64,000 bases of DNA from Vicugna vicugna. Taxonomy: Eukaryota. The DNA lies in the NCBI GenBank assembly GCA_013265495.1, contig MU058039.1:684591-748590 (forward strand), read 5' to 3'. The notes below the pieces were generated by a model. The model did no database searches and was not told where the DNA came from. It saw only the letters and a list, made by a program, of their open reading frames with translations. The position numbers and the translations under genes are program-made. How positions within the stretch are numbered: position 1 is the stretch's first letter; each line of letters starts with the position of its first letter. Of this stretch, positions 12,251 through 24,309 are shown piece after piece.

Positions 12251-12927
12251 AATTCCCCTTTTAGTTGTACATTGATGCTCTCTAAAGTGTAGCCAATAAC
12301 TTTTACTATGTTACATTAAGGAAAAAAACACTTTGAGGTTTTTTTTGAAAAACCTCATTTACTGAAAATGAATAAATGAAAAAAATGTGAACATGTAAAA
12401 GTGGTTACATAAGCACTCGTTTTTGAGTCAATCAGACTAATGATTCCAATATGAATAATAAATGACAGTTTAGGAAAATTCAGTTTCATCCCACACAGCT
12501 GCACTTTGCCTCAAGACAATTTTCAGTATTACCTGACACAGACTTTCTTTCAGCTCCCCAAATTCTAGTTTAAACGTCCCTCTCTGTACAATAAGATTTT
12601 TTACATCAAGTATTTTAAGTTAAATGACTGTTGCTTTCGATTACTTGTCCCTGTCTTGCTTTTTATCTTTACAGGGCCTGTTTAAGTGATTTACAGCACT
12701 GGGAATTGTGAGGTTAAGCTTGGGGAACAGTTCCTGAGCCTGTTATGTCATATGCCTCCTTTTTTTTTATTGTTGCCAAAACTAGCATTGTTTAAGTCAT
12801 TAGATGCTCATGTGGCTTTCCCAAACAGCACTTTGTTCAAAATAAAATGATATGAAAACTCTGAAACAACTCTTATTTCTGAGGATTATTTTTTAGGGGG
12901 CTATCTTACTTTTATATTTGGGTAGAC

Positions 12928-13155
12928 TTTTTTTTTTGTCAGTTTACAGTCTTGTGTCAATTTCTGGTGCACAGCATCATGTTTCAATCATACATGTACA
13001 TACATATGTTCCTTTTCATATTCTTTTTCATTATAGGTTACTAACTGTATATTGAAGATACTGAATATAATTCCCTGTGCTATACAGTAGAAACTTGTTG
13101 TTTATCCATTTTACAAATAGTAGTTAGTATCTGCAAATCTCGAACTCCCAATTTG
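12928..13155 (-). mobile_element. Lineage-specific (cetartiodactyl-type) L1 3' end, 5'-truncated
   Basis: T-tract then agtttacagtcttgtgtcaatttctggtgcacagca...catattctttttcattataggtt...ttccctgtgctatacagtag...ctgcaaatctcgaactcccaattt. Confidence 0.8.
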
Positions 13156-13349
13156 AGTTTGGTAAATCTTGTATTCAAGATAGATTAGTTAGGTTAAACA
13201 CATGCAGTTAGCTTAGTGGTGTTTGACCTTCCTGCCATGAGCAATAACTGGTTGGAAAGCCTGAGTTCTCTGACTCTCCCAGCCTAATGTCAGTCATTCT
13301 TTTGTTTGTTTGTTCAGCATTGATTAATTTCCTGTCAGCTACTCTAAGA

Positions 13350-13790
13350 ACCAGTACAGAGGACAGTGGTACCAAAGGTCTGTATTGGAGTCCCAGCCTT
13401 CCACTTCTACCTGTGTGAGTGTGGCCAAGGCATTTACCTTCCTGTGCCTCATTTTCCCCGCCTATAAACTAGAGATAACACTACCTCCCTCATAAAGTGG
13501 TTATGGAGATTCAGGGGCTGATTCAGATCCACAATCCCAGGTGGAGTATGGTCCAAAGGGACAGATTATCATCACTGTAGAAATATCCATGTGCTAGATA
13601 CTCTTCTGGGACCCTGCTGGTTAAAAGCTCTCATTGCTTCTCTAAAATCTAAATCATCCAGAATTCCAAAACACATCTGGCCTAAGAAGTTTGGAAAGGG
13701 ATCATGCAGCTGTATATATAAAACGCTTAGCATAGTGCCTGGCACATAATAAATCCTATGTAAATGGTAACCATTTATCATTATTATTAT
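13350..13790 (+). mobile_element. MIR SINE interrupted by MER46C
   Basis: 5' half (ctgtgcctcattttccccgcctataaa) and 3' half (aaaacgcttagcatagtgcctggcacataataaat) lie on either side of the insertion. Confidence 0.65.
13523..13713 (-). mobile_element. MER46C-like TcMar-Tigger MITE (internally deleted)
   Basis: Terminal repeats cagatccacaatccc and aagggatcatgcagctgta. Internal ctaaaatctaaatcatccagaattccaaaacacatctggcc matches the recalled MER46C reverse complement. Confidence 0.7.
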
Positions 13791-14364
13791 TATTTAAAGT
13801 GCCTAGCTCATCATCCTTAATCATCATCATGGAAATGCAAATGATAACCACAGTGAGATGCCATTACACACCCACCTCAATAGGTGAAATAAAAAGACAA
13901 CATGGGAGGAGATGAGGTCAGAGACTTACATGTGAGGCCTTATAGGGACTGAGGCTTTTTCCTGAATGTACAGTGGGAGGGTTCTGAGCAGAGGAGGGAT
14001 ATGTTCTGACTCAAGTTAGCAGGATCCCTCTGGCTATGTGTGGGAGCAGGGGTGGGAGCCAGGAAATCAGGGAGGGAGCGCCTGCTCTGGTCCACGGTCC
14101 AGGCAGGAGGAGTGGGAGGTTAAGCAGGGTAGAAGTAGGCAGATCCTAACCTGATTTGAAGATAGAGCCAGTAGTAACTATGAGTGGACTGAATGTAGGG
14201 TGAGAGAAGGGTGGAGGATGGCACAGAGGTTTTGGTTTGAACACCACGTGAATAGTGAAGGCGTCAAGTCGAGGAGATTTACAAGGACAAAGTGAAGGTG
14301 TTGGAAGAATCAAGGGTATCGCTGTTGGGAGTGGATTCAAGAGAAACAAGGCTTTTTTTTTTTT

Positions 14365-14690
14365 TTCAAGAAGAGTTTTAAAAGGTGTACAGAAAATTGA
14401 TCTTAAAGGACAGATTTCTCACAAACTCCCTCTCCCCACTGCAGTTTCACCTTTTATTTCCGTTCGTATTAGTGTGGTACATTTTTTGCAGTTGATAAAT
14501 TCATACTGATACATCGTTACTAACTAAAGTCCATGATTTACCTTAGGGTTCATGCTTTTGTTCTGCAGGCTGTGGGTTTTGCCACAGGGTGATATGTATT
14601 CATCACGACAATACCATATCGAGCAGCTGCACAGCCCTGTGCGCCACATAGATGGCCCCCTAACCCCCCAACCGGTCTTTTTACTGAAGA
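14365..14690 (-). mobile_element. L1MC-like 3' fragment
   Basis: attagtgtggtacatttttgcagttgataaattcatactgatacatcgttactaactaaagtccatgatttaccttagggttcatgc. Confidence 0.7.
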
Positions 14691-15055
14691 ACGACAGGGC
14701 TTTGCCTCCATCTCCCTGGCAGACATGAGCCTGTGAAGGTGTGGCCCCATGTGTTTTGTTTGTTGCCGCGTCTGTAGTGCTCAGGTAACATCTGACACAC
14801 AGTAGCTGCACAATGAAAATATGTTGTTAGTGTCTTCTTGGATTAGGAAGGGATTAGAACCTTAGAATCAGAGGCTGTTACTCCAGAGTGTGACAGAAAT
14901 GTGTCCTATGGACCTGGGCATCTGTCTCCAGTGGGCTTCCACATATACACCACGGGTATTAGGGGGAAGGAATAATCGGAAATGTAACCCAGACGTCTGG
15001 GTGCCCCCAGACCAACCATTTACTGAGTGCCTGGTCCTGGGGACAGGACTGATAC

Positions 15056-16200
15056 TGTTACCGAATTCAGGTCCAGCTGCTCGCCGCTTGAAAATCAATA
15101 TTGAGAGGCAATTGTTGGTAGAAAGGAAAGTTGCCTTCTGTCAGAGTGCCAGGAGTCTGGGGAGAAGGTGGACTCTTGTCCTCCAAAACCAACTCCAAAC
15201 AGTATGCTCAGCCATGAAAGTTTTAAAGGGAGAAGGAGAAATAATCTCAGTTGATCCCTGAGGTGGGGAATCAGACTTAGCGCCATCTCCCATTGCCTGT
15301 GGGCTTGTCAGCTTCTCCTGATCTTTCTTTACATGCTAACTTGTTCACACAGTCTTTTCTCGAGATCACTGAAGGGGAGGCTCAGGAAGAGATCTGGTTA
15401 TCTGTTAATTACTTACTCTTCATTTCTACTTTGATCTACAGGGAGAACCAACAGGTTAGGCAAGGTACTGTATGATCAAAAGATCTGAAAGGCACGATAG
15501 GGCCGGAGATAAATAGAGCATGGGGGCGCCTGGTTTAAAAGTTAGTTACGATGTCTCTTTGCTAAAGTGACCAGGCAAAAGGGGTTTCCTGCTGAGGGCA
15601 GTTTCCTGCAGAGAGCTGCTTATAAATCCCCTACCCCACCCCCATCAGGTGTCAGTCCATTTCTATGGGATTAGGGACCAACATCTGTCTTCTGTAACTT
15701 ATTCATGCTGAGAAAGTGTGTTGCAGTCTTAGGGTGAAAGACATCAACATGTGTTTGAAGCATCTCTTTGCTGACAATTTTAGTTCCCCGCACATATATG
15801 AGCAGAGCAAACTACAATTATTTTGATGCCCATGAAGATACAGATCATTATGAGCAATAGTGTTAATCCCATTCTCTTGAGGCCAGTTCTGGAATTGTGC
15901 TGGCCATAGATTCAGCACTGCTTAAGATGGAGCAGCTGATGTCATGGCTGCAGCCTGGTCATCATGCAGTTCACTTTTTCCCTCTGGTGGCAATTACAGT
16001 GTCTGTAAAACAACAGGAATGTACATTAGACACTGAAAGATTCTGTGGCTCTATTGTCCTAATCATTAACTGCTTGAGCCTGCTCTTTTGTGACTCAAGG
16101 AGGCCTGAGGGACTTCAGCTTTTCTAGGGACAAAAGGCAGAGGACATGGCGGGCCCTTTGTACTTGGAGGGGAGCCCCTGCAGGGTTCTGCTCAGTTCCA
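15056..16200 (-). mobile_element. Solo LTR of an ERV1-type endogenous retrovirus (~1.15 kb), antisense
   Basis: TG...CA termini (tgttaccgaattcaggtcc...gggttctgctcagttcca) and an imperfect 4-bp flanking duplication (atac/atat). The minus-strand start TGGAACTGAGCAGAACCCTG resembles laurasiatherian ERV1 LTRs as I recall them. Confidence 0.7.
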
Positions 16201-16329
16201 ATATGGCTTCCCCATCTATGAAATGGGATAATAATAGTATTGACCTCATAGAGCTGTTGTAAGGAGGCAGTGAGATAATGCTGTAAAACACTGTAGGTGT
16301 TTAATAAGTGTGAGCTGTTAAAAGTAATA

Positions 16330-16800
16330 ATACCATTGCCATTATTCTGACTTCATGGCACTCACCATCTAGTGGGGGAGACAGATATCAGATAATGTCT
16401 CCAACCATGTAATTTAATTGATAATTAGACTCTAGAGAAAAATCCAGAATGCCTTGAGAGCGGGTAACAGGGCTGGAGGTGGGATCTTATTTGAGGCTGG
16501 AGTCGAGTCTAAGAAGGCTTTTCTGAGGAAGTGACCTATAAGCCTAGGCTTGAAAGATGAGTAGAAACTTGCTCAGGGGCGGCTGGGTGTTTGGGGCAGA
16601 AAGAATCACCTGTGCAAAGGCCCTGAGATGTGTTGAAGGAACAGAGGCTGGGGTGCCCTGAGCAGAGTGATGGGGGGAAAGGTCACACCCCAGGTCACAC
16701 TGGACTAGGGGAGCTGTCCGTAAAGACCTGGACTTTCTTCCCATGGCCCCCAAGAGCCACGGAAGGGTTTTAAGGAGAGCAGTGATACTGTTGGTTTGGT
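16330..16800 (-). mobile_element. L2 LINE fragment
   Basis: ctcaccatctagtgggggagacaga...gaaggcttttctgaggaagtgac...tgtgcaaaggccctgag...gagccacggaagggttttaagg. Confidence 0.6.
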
Positions 16801-18199
16801 TTGTTTTTTTTAACTCCTCTGTGCACTTTCAGGACTTGGTGTCCTGACTCCCTTCCTCCCCCAGGACAGTTTGTGCCATTGGCTGCAAGCCAGGGTCAAG
16901 GTCGGAGACTCCAGCCCACCCCCACCATGTGGCACCTTGAAGTGCTCTGCTGTCCTCTGGCCACTCAGTCTGCAGGGCTGAAAGGAGCTTTACGTAAGGA
17001 GAAGCTGTCCTGGTTCCAGACTCATCGGTCCTTAGGAAAGAAGCACCTGGCTAATCCATCCCAGGCCACCGGGAGGCCCGCAAAACAGGTCACCACAGCA
17101 CTGCCTCCTTCTCCGAAAGGCTCAGGACCTCGCTGACTCACGATCCCTTCTTCTCAGAGAAGGGACCCCAGCTGGCTCCCGACAAAGGTGGCCTCGTTTC
17201 CTCCTGGGACCAGAGCTGCCAGTGGCCCCACCCCCACCCATTTCCCTATATTTTTTTTATAAGATGCCAACCAATATGCTTCTCTCAGTTCCCCGTTGCA
17301 GCCAGCCCTGGAGAGAGGTGGGACTGGGTAGGGAGGGGAATTTCCCAATTACCTTTGTCTCCTCAGCTCTGCACAGGTAATGGCTGTTTTGTGAGCCAAG
17401 AGTTCTGGGCAGCCCTGTGCCCCAGCCCCTCAGCGAGGGCCCAGATGAGTCCTCCAGACCCGATGGTATCAGATTCCCAGGGTGTGGAGAGGCCCAGGTT
17501 CCCTGAGCAGCACCTGTGTTCCTGCCCTTGTGTCTCCCCTTCTGGGGTGGCCTCTGTCGGTTGCTGGGTAAGTGGAGGGACTTGCTGGCCCTTCTTCCAT
17601 CATGCCCATGGCCACTCATCCCCGGAGCTCCCAGAGGGGGGCTCTGACCCCATGGGGAACCAGGAGGCCTCTGTTTTGATCACTTGGGTGCATCCTGTCT
17701 CAGGAAGCCCACAGAACTTCTAGCTGTGACTTCTCAGCAGTGCTGCCTACGTAGTTGAGAGGGTCTTACAGAGCCTTTTAAACAGTTGGATTCCCCATCC
17801 AGGCCTGGTCCTTGCTGCTAGGATCTTGCTCAGTCTTCATAACAACTCTCATAGGGAACAGATGAGGGAACCAGGGCACAGAGAAGTCGGGTCACTTGCC
17901 TAAGCCCCATAGCTGGGAAGTGGCGGAGTCAGGATTTGAACCCAGGCTGTTTGGCTTCTTAATCACTGTGCTGTACCTCCTGCCTGCCCACTCTCCTTAT
18001 CACATCACCCTGTTTATTTTCTCTTAGTGCTTAATCATACTCAGTTTGTTGACGTGTATGTTGCCTGTCTACACCCTTTAGTAGGCAAGCTCCTGTTTGG
18101 TAATATGAATTATGTGTCTTGTTTGTTAGTGTAAACCCAACCTCTGGAACAGTACCTGGCACATAGGAGCTGCTCAGTGAGTATCTGTTGAATGAATGA

Positions 18200-19200
18200 T
18201 CCCAAGTTGCCAGTGACAAGTATGTGGAGAAACTGGATCTCTCATACTTTGCTGGTGGGGGTGTCATGTGGTACAGCCACTCTGGAAAACAAATCGGTGA
18301 TTTCTTAAGAACTAAGTGTGCAACTCTCATATGACCCCAGTCTTGCACTCTCGGACATTTATCCCGGAGAAGTAAGACCAGTGTTCACACAACAACCTAT
18401 ACACAGTTGTTCACAGCAGCTTATTCATAATAGTCCCAAACTGGAAAATAGCCGAGATGTCTGTCCTTCAGCCGGTGAATGGTTAAACTGTGGTACATCC
18501 ATGCCATGATGTACTCATCAGCAATCAAAGGGAACAAACTACTGATACACGCGCCAACTTGGATGAACTTAAGGAAATTGTGCTGAGTGAAAAAGGCCAG
18601 TCCTGAATGGTTACATACAGGATGGTTTCATTTATGGCAAAATCATACAAATGGAGAACGTGTTGGTGGTTGTCAGGGGACAGGGGCTTATGGGGGAGTG
18701 GGTGTGGTTATAAAAGATGACATTAGGGATCTTTGTGGTAATAGAAGTTTTCGTATCTTGGTTGTCGACCAAATTAAAGCACATGTTTTTGGCTTGTATT
18801 GTTTGTTTTATGAGGGGGGGGTGATTAGGTTTCTTCATTGATTTCCACTTGGAGGAAGTACTGGGGATTGAACCCCTGACCTCTTGGGTGCTGAGTATGC
18901 ACTCTACCATTTGAGCTATACCCTTCTCCCTATATCTTGATTGTAATGGTGGACACAAACATATACATGCAATGAAACTGTATAGAACTGAATACACACA
19001 CGCACACGGGTATAGGAAATCTGAATAAAATCCGTAGATTGTATCAATATCTGTATCTTGATTATAGTATTGTTCTTCATTTTTGTAAAATGTTACCATT
19101 GGCCAGACTGGGTAAAATGTATGTAGTGTCTCTCTGTATATAGTATCTTACAAGTGTATGTGAGCCTCCAATTATCTCAATAAAAATGGCTATTAATGAA
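18200..19200 (+). mobile_element. L1M (L1MC-like) ORF2 end/3'UTR, sense, interrupted by a SINE
   Basis: gtggagaaactggatctctcatactttgctggtggg...aactgtggtacatccatgccatg...ctgagtgaaaaaggccagtc...tgtaaaatgttaccattgg...aattatctcaataaaa. Confidence 0.8.
18766..18930 (-). mobile_element. tRNA(Ala)-derived SINE, Vic-1 type (camelid)
   Basis: The minus strand reads GGGAGAAGGGTATAGCTCAAATGGTAGAGTGCATACTCAGCACCCAAGAGGTCAGGGGTTCAATCCCCAGTACTTCC...AAACCTAATCACCCCCCCC plus an A-rich tail, with Pol III A and B boxes. Flanked by tatcttg(g/a)ttgt direct repeats (18754-18765, 18933-18944). Confidence 0.85.
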
Positions 19201-20524
19201 AATTGGCAGTGAGACTGGAGGAGAGAAGGGGGAAGTAGAGGGTGGTGCTGTGTGGAGAGGCGGGGCAGGTGGGCAGGCAGAGCACACGGCCTCACGGCCA
19301 CCATAGGAGTTTAGAGTTTACCCTGAGGTCAGCGTCAGAGGGGTTTCAGGCAGGAGAGGGACCTGACCAGATCTACACTTTTAAGTGATAACTCTGGCTG
19401 CCGCACTGAGATTGGGGTCAGAGACAGAGGAGGGCTATGGTGAGGGGACCTGAATGTGGAGAAAAGCGAACTGGCTGGAGAACCAGTTAGGTTCTGTAGC
19501 AGACCAGCCTCCGAAGGAGAGGGTCAGGGAATACTCCTGGAACGAGGCACTCGGTAAATATGTGTTATCAGCTGGCCTCTATATCTTCTTTGGGGTGTGG
19601 GTTATACAGGTGTAGACACGTGTCAAAATTCATCAAACTGGACACTCAAACAAGTATATTTTACTGTATGTAATTACACTTCAATAATTAGATCAATAGA
19701 TACATCAAATCATAATGATAATAATAGCTCACATTTATTGAGCTTTTCTCTGTGCCAGGCTCTATGCTAAGCACTTTACGCGTGTTAATTCATTTTACCA
19801 CACAACAATTGTGCAAGATGGATGCTTCTGTTCTTGGTTTATAGGCAAGGCAGCTCAGGTTGAAATCACTGGTCTGGGGTCACAGGGCTGCCTCGGGGCA
19901 GAGCAGGAATTGGCACCAGGGCAGGCTGGCTCCAGAGGGCAGGTCTCTTTGACTTCCCCTTCGTCGTACTCGGGCCTTTCCCTTGATTCTGATGGAGTGA
20001 TGGTACATCGCCGCCGGTGGGGTCTCCTCACTGAGGTCTTCGGGCCATGTGCCATTTCAGAGAGCTGAGCTGTAGTCAGATCACCGGGTCCCCAGATCTG
20101 GAAGTCCGACCTTTGATTGGGGAACAGAGGCACTGCAGGAGAGCCGGGCTGGGCTTTCTTTTCCTGTCTCTCATGCTCAACTCCAGCTAGCTGGGGATTA
20201 ACCCCCTGCCGTTATCAGGAGAAAGAGAACATAGGAAACTGGCTACAGCTCGGCTCTTGTGAAGAAGGAGGAGACGAAGTTACCCACTGCGGAAGGTTTC
20301 CGCAGCCCTTGCGCACGCCGGACAGTGCAATTGCCTGTTCCTGCAGCATCACGTTTGTGGTGTTGTCTGGACAGGCAGGGGAGCTGCAACTTGAGATTTG
20401 TAAACACTCTTCGCACGTTGGGATTCATCGTCTTTCCTCTCGGTGTCTCAGATGCCACGTTTCCCTCTTGCAGGGATTTCCCTTTGTTTAACAACCAAAA
20501 AATGGCTGCCTGGTTTGTGGCTCT

Positions 20525-20995
20525 CAGGATGCTTTTAGCTGCAAGTAACAAGACCCCCGACATCATCTGGCCAAACGGTAAAGACGTTTAATATGTCTCA
20601 GAAGTCTAGAAGTGGGTGGGCGTCAGGCAGGGTGGGATCAGCCACTCAAATGTCCGCCGTCAAGGACTCAGGTTCTCAGTGTGCACTTCACCCTACAGTC
20701 TTTCTCTCTGTATATACATAGTGCCTCTTGGTCCCAAGATGGCTGCCAGTGACAGTCAGGGCCACTTGCTTTCTTGTCCACAGACATCAGGAGAGAGAGG
20801 AAAAACCAGCGCACTCCCTCATGGGTTATAAATACTTCCCTTTAGTCTGCGATTGGTCTAGCCTCGATCATGTTCCCCCTCAGCAGGCCAGTCACATCAG
20901 CAGAGGAATGCCACACCCAGATTGCCTTTGACCATTTGGGGTCCATCTTCCAGGGGAAGAGGAGCAGGTTTTGAGTAGACAGTCAGATGCCTGCC
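20525..20995 (-). mobile_element. Degraded ERVL LTR (LTR33-like)
   Basis: tcaggatgcttttagctgcaagtaacaagacccc...agaagtctagaagtggg...ggtcccaagatggctgccag. Confidence 0.6.
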
Positions 20996-21984
20996 GCAGC
21001 TGAGAAAGACCTCCAGACTGGGTCCCTGACCGAGGCTCACTAAGTTAACAAATTGTGTCAGGCCCAGCGGATCGTGGCATTTGAGAATAAGAAGCGTGGT
21101 TTTCTTTTAAGAAATGTGGTGGTTTGTGTCCAGTTTCTGCCTTCTGCCTCCTCTTCCGCCTCCCCAGAACCCCACACATGGTGGGCAGGTGGAGTCTGGC
21201 TCCCGTAGATCGCTTGCCTGTTGGCGGAAACAATGTATGCGTTGCCTCCCGCAGTGCTGAGTAGGTTTTGCCGTTAGTTTTTCCTTCTTCATCCCTAGCC
21301 CTCCTTCCACCCCCTCTCCAATTCTGAGGCGTTTGTGGTGTGTCCGCAGCTAGGTACATATGTATTACAGTATCTGTATTGAGGTTTGAGGAGAGAGTCC
21401 GCTTCCAGAAATGGTTTTGGACTCCCTATCTCATCTTCCTTTTTCTTCCAATTTTCACTGAACGCTGTATTTTTGAGCCCTAACCGCGTACGTTGCTGTG
21501 TGCGCTCCAGTGCATGAACGTCTGCCTGCCGAACAGTCGTATGTGCTGTGCACCCGCCACTCCTCACATTTCTAGTCCCCTGGTGTTCAGGTCACCCCCA
21601 GCACCACACCAGCAAAGACGACACTTCAGCGAGCACCCACATACCTGTGTCATTCTGAACCCCTGGGGTTTATATCCGGGTTCACACTGTGGCTGGAGAC
21701 CAGCATTGTCTCTTGCCCTGGGGATGACCAGCGTGCTCTCCGGGAGGCTGCTCTGGCCCACGCTCCCTCAGAGTGTGGGAGGGTCCAGCTTTCCTGCTGG
21801 CTCATCACCACTGGCTGTTACTACCCTGCTTCCTGATTTGCATCACATCGACAAAGTGGGGTCACTGGCTCTAACACTCTGATTACTAGTCTGTCTAGAT
21901 GCCTCTTCATACCTCTTCCTGCACCTGTTACCTTGAGTCAGGCTTCCGTTTCTGTGAGCAGCCTGTTCAGAGATGAAGTGAGGC

Positions 21985-22240
21985 AGCGGGGGCACAGTCA
22001 TGAGAGGCAAATTCTGGAGCCTGGTGGCCTGGGTTCGAATATTTGCCCTCCCCTTTAACCTGGCAAGTTACTTAACCTCTCTCAGCCTCAGAATTTCCTT
22101 AAACAGAAAATGGGAGTGGTAATCAGATCTATATCCTAAAATATTTTGAGGAATTAATGAGATGATATAAATAAATACATAAATAATAACATGCTTAGGA
22201 CAGTATCTAGCATATATATGATAGGAAAATATCAGCAAAT
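21985..22240 (+). mobile_element. MIR SINE
   Basis: ttctggagcctggtggcctgggttcgaat...ggcaagttacttaacctctctcagcctcag...aaaatgggagtggtaat. Confidence 0.7.
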
Positions 22241-22739
22241 ATTATCACTAACATCATCATTTATTGGGTGTTTTAAAGTTTCTAAAAACGCAAAGATTTT
22301 TATCGTCTCTTCTTTGCATTCACATCAGAATATGTGCTGGTGCAGGCATTTCTGGCTTCTTTCTGATGGCTCCTTAGAAAGCAGAGAGACAATATAGTGA
22401 AACTTGTAAAAGACAAATCAGGTCTAGCTCAACTCCTTTCCCCTGTGTTTGGGTTGGGTGGTATATGTTCATTTCCATGTATGTGGTTTTATTTTTAATT
22501 TTTAAAAATGTGATATATTAATTGAAAAATTTTGTAAAACATCATGAGAGCATAGAAAGTAAAAATTTGAAGTCTCACTCCTCCTTTCCCTCACCCCAGC
22601 CCCAGTCTCACTTTCTGGAGTTAAAACAACTATCATAAACCATTTGCTGTGTTGACTGTGTTGTTAAGGGTGTGGACTCTGGAACCCCTAGCCAAGGCTC
22701 AAATCCTGTGTCCAACACCAGCTGGCTCTGTGACCAAGT

Positions 22740-23030
22740 TGTATTAGTTTGCTCTCGCTGCTATAACATAAAACCACAGACTAGGTGGTTTAAACAGAAG
22801 TTTGTTTCCAGCTCTAGGGGCTGGAAGTCCAAGATCAAGGTGCTAACAGAGTTGGTTTCCTCCAGGGCCTCTCTCCTTGGCTTGCAGGTGGCCGTCCTGT
22901 TGCTGCCGCTGCACATGGTCATCCCTGGGTGCACGTGTGCCTTGGTGTCTCTGTGTGTAGTGACCCCTTTGGCCTTATCTCCAAATACAGTCACACCCTG
23001 AGGTACTAGAGGTTAGGACTCCAGCAGCTA
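22740..23030 (-). mobile_element. MLT1A-C-type MaLR LTR
   Basis: tgtattagtttgctctcgctgctataacataaaaccacagactaggtggtttaaac...ggctggaagtccaagatcaaggtg...tctccaaatacagtcacaccctgaggtact. Confidence 0.8.
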
Positions 23031-23240
23031 ACACTTCCTGGTGGTTACCTGGCCAGGCCCTGCTGTAAGAGCTTTATATGTTAACTCACTTAATCTTCAC
23101 ATCAACCCTGTGAGGGAGGTCCCTTTGTTATTTCCATTTTATAGATGAGGTAGCTGAGGCACAGAGAGGTTAAGTGACTTGCCCAAGGTCACTCAGCAGA
23201 GCTGGGATTCAGATCCATGCTCTTAACTGCTCCACTGCAC
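23030..23240 (-). mobile_element. MIR SINE
   Basis: ccattttatagatgaggtagctgaggcacagagaggttaagtgacttgcccaaggtcac core. Confidence 0.75.
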
Positions 23241-24309
23241 TAAATCAATGAGAAGACTTAACATTTGCTTGCAAGATGCTTTATATTGTACTGTGTCTGA
23301 TTTTATCTCATTAAAGTAGATGCAGATCATGGTAGCCATTTGATAGGCAAGGAAAACAGGGTGAAAGAGGCTGATGGCGATGGCAGCTAACACACATCCC
23401 TGGCATCACACCAGGTCCTGTGCTACATGCCCTGCACGTGTGGATACTGCTGTATCCTCCAGAACTTTGCGAGGTGGACTCTCCCAGATAAGAAAACGGA
23501 AGCTCAGAGAGGTGAAGTGCCCTGGTTTGGAGCTGGGAGCTAGTATAGCTGGCACTCAGGCTGTATTGCCTGTATGCTGTCTCTGAGGACATCAGTCACC
23601 TAGGGGATCATTCAGCAAGTGTTGCCTGTGTGCCTGCAGTGCCAGGCCCCGTGCTGGTGCGGAGAGACAGCAGTGAACAGCACTGGCGTTGCTCCTAGCC
23701 CTCAGGGGGTCACATTCAAGTAATTGGATACGAGCAAGGCTGATGTTCACCAGCTGCCATCCATTCTGATTGCCTGTTGCCTGCCCTGTACTGGTTTCTA
23801 AATATTTTATATCTCAACCTGAAATATAAGTAACCGAAGCTCAACTCACAGTGGCTTATTTAGCTAGAAGTCCAGGAAAAAAATGCAGTTCTGGGGTTGA
23901 CTCAACAGCTCCACACATCAGGGCCCCAAGTGTGTGCTCCTGAAATCATCTCGGCTTTTCCTCTTGGTTGCAAGATGGTTGCTGTGGCTCCAGGTAATAT
24001 ATTCTCTCACAGCCATGAGGCAGGAAGCAGGGAGCCAGCTAGGACCATGGTGTACTGCTCTTTTATCAGGAAGCTCCCCTGCCTTTCAGCAGGTTTTTCA
24101 ACTGGAAAAGTGAGTCTGGCTTTTTCTGTCTTCATATTGGCAGGTTAGCAAAGGAGAAAGGGGTTGGAATGTGGGGAGGCCAGTTGAGAATGTTTGTTCT
24201 GGCTTAGGGGAAAAAAAGGGAGCTTTGTCTTCCACTCAAGCCTGGCCCCAGGTGGCTCTCTTCATGCCATGGACATTTGTACATTTATTCATGCAACAAG
24301 GGAAGAGAA

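Noticed and set aside
18855..18930. tRNA-Ala gene
   Set aside because: Degenerate stems, a SINE body and tail, and flanking TSDs indicate a tRNA-derived SINE.
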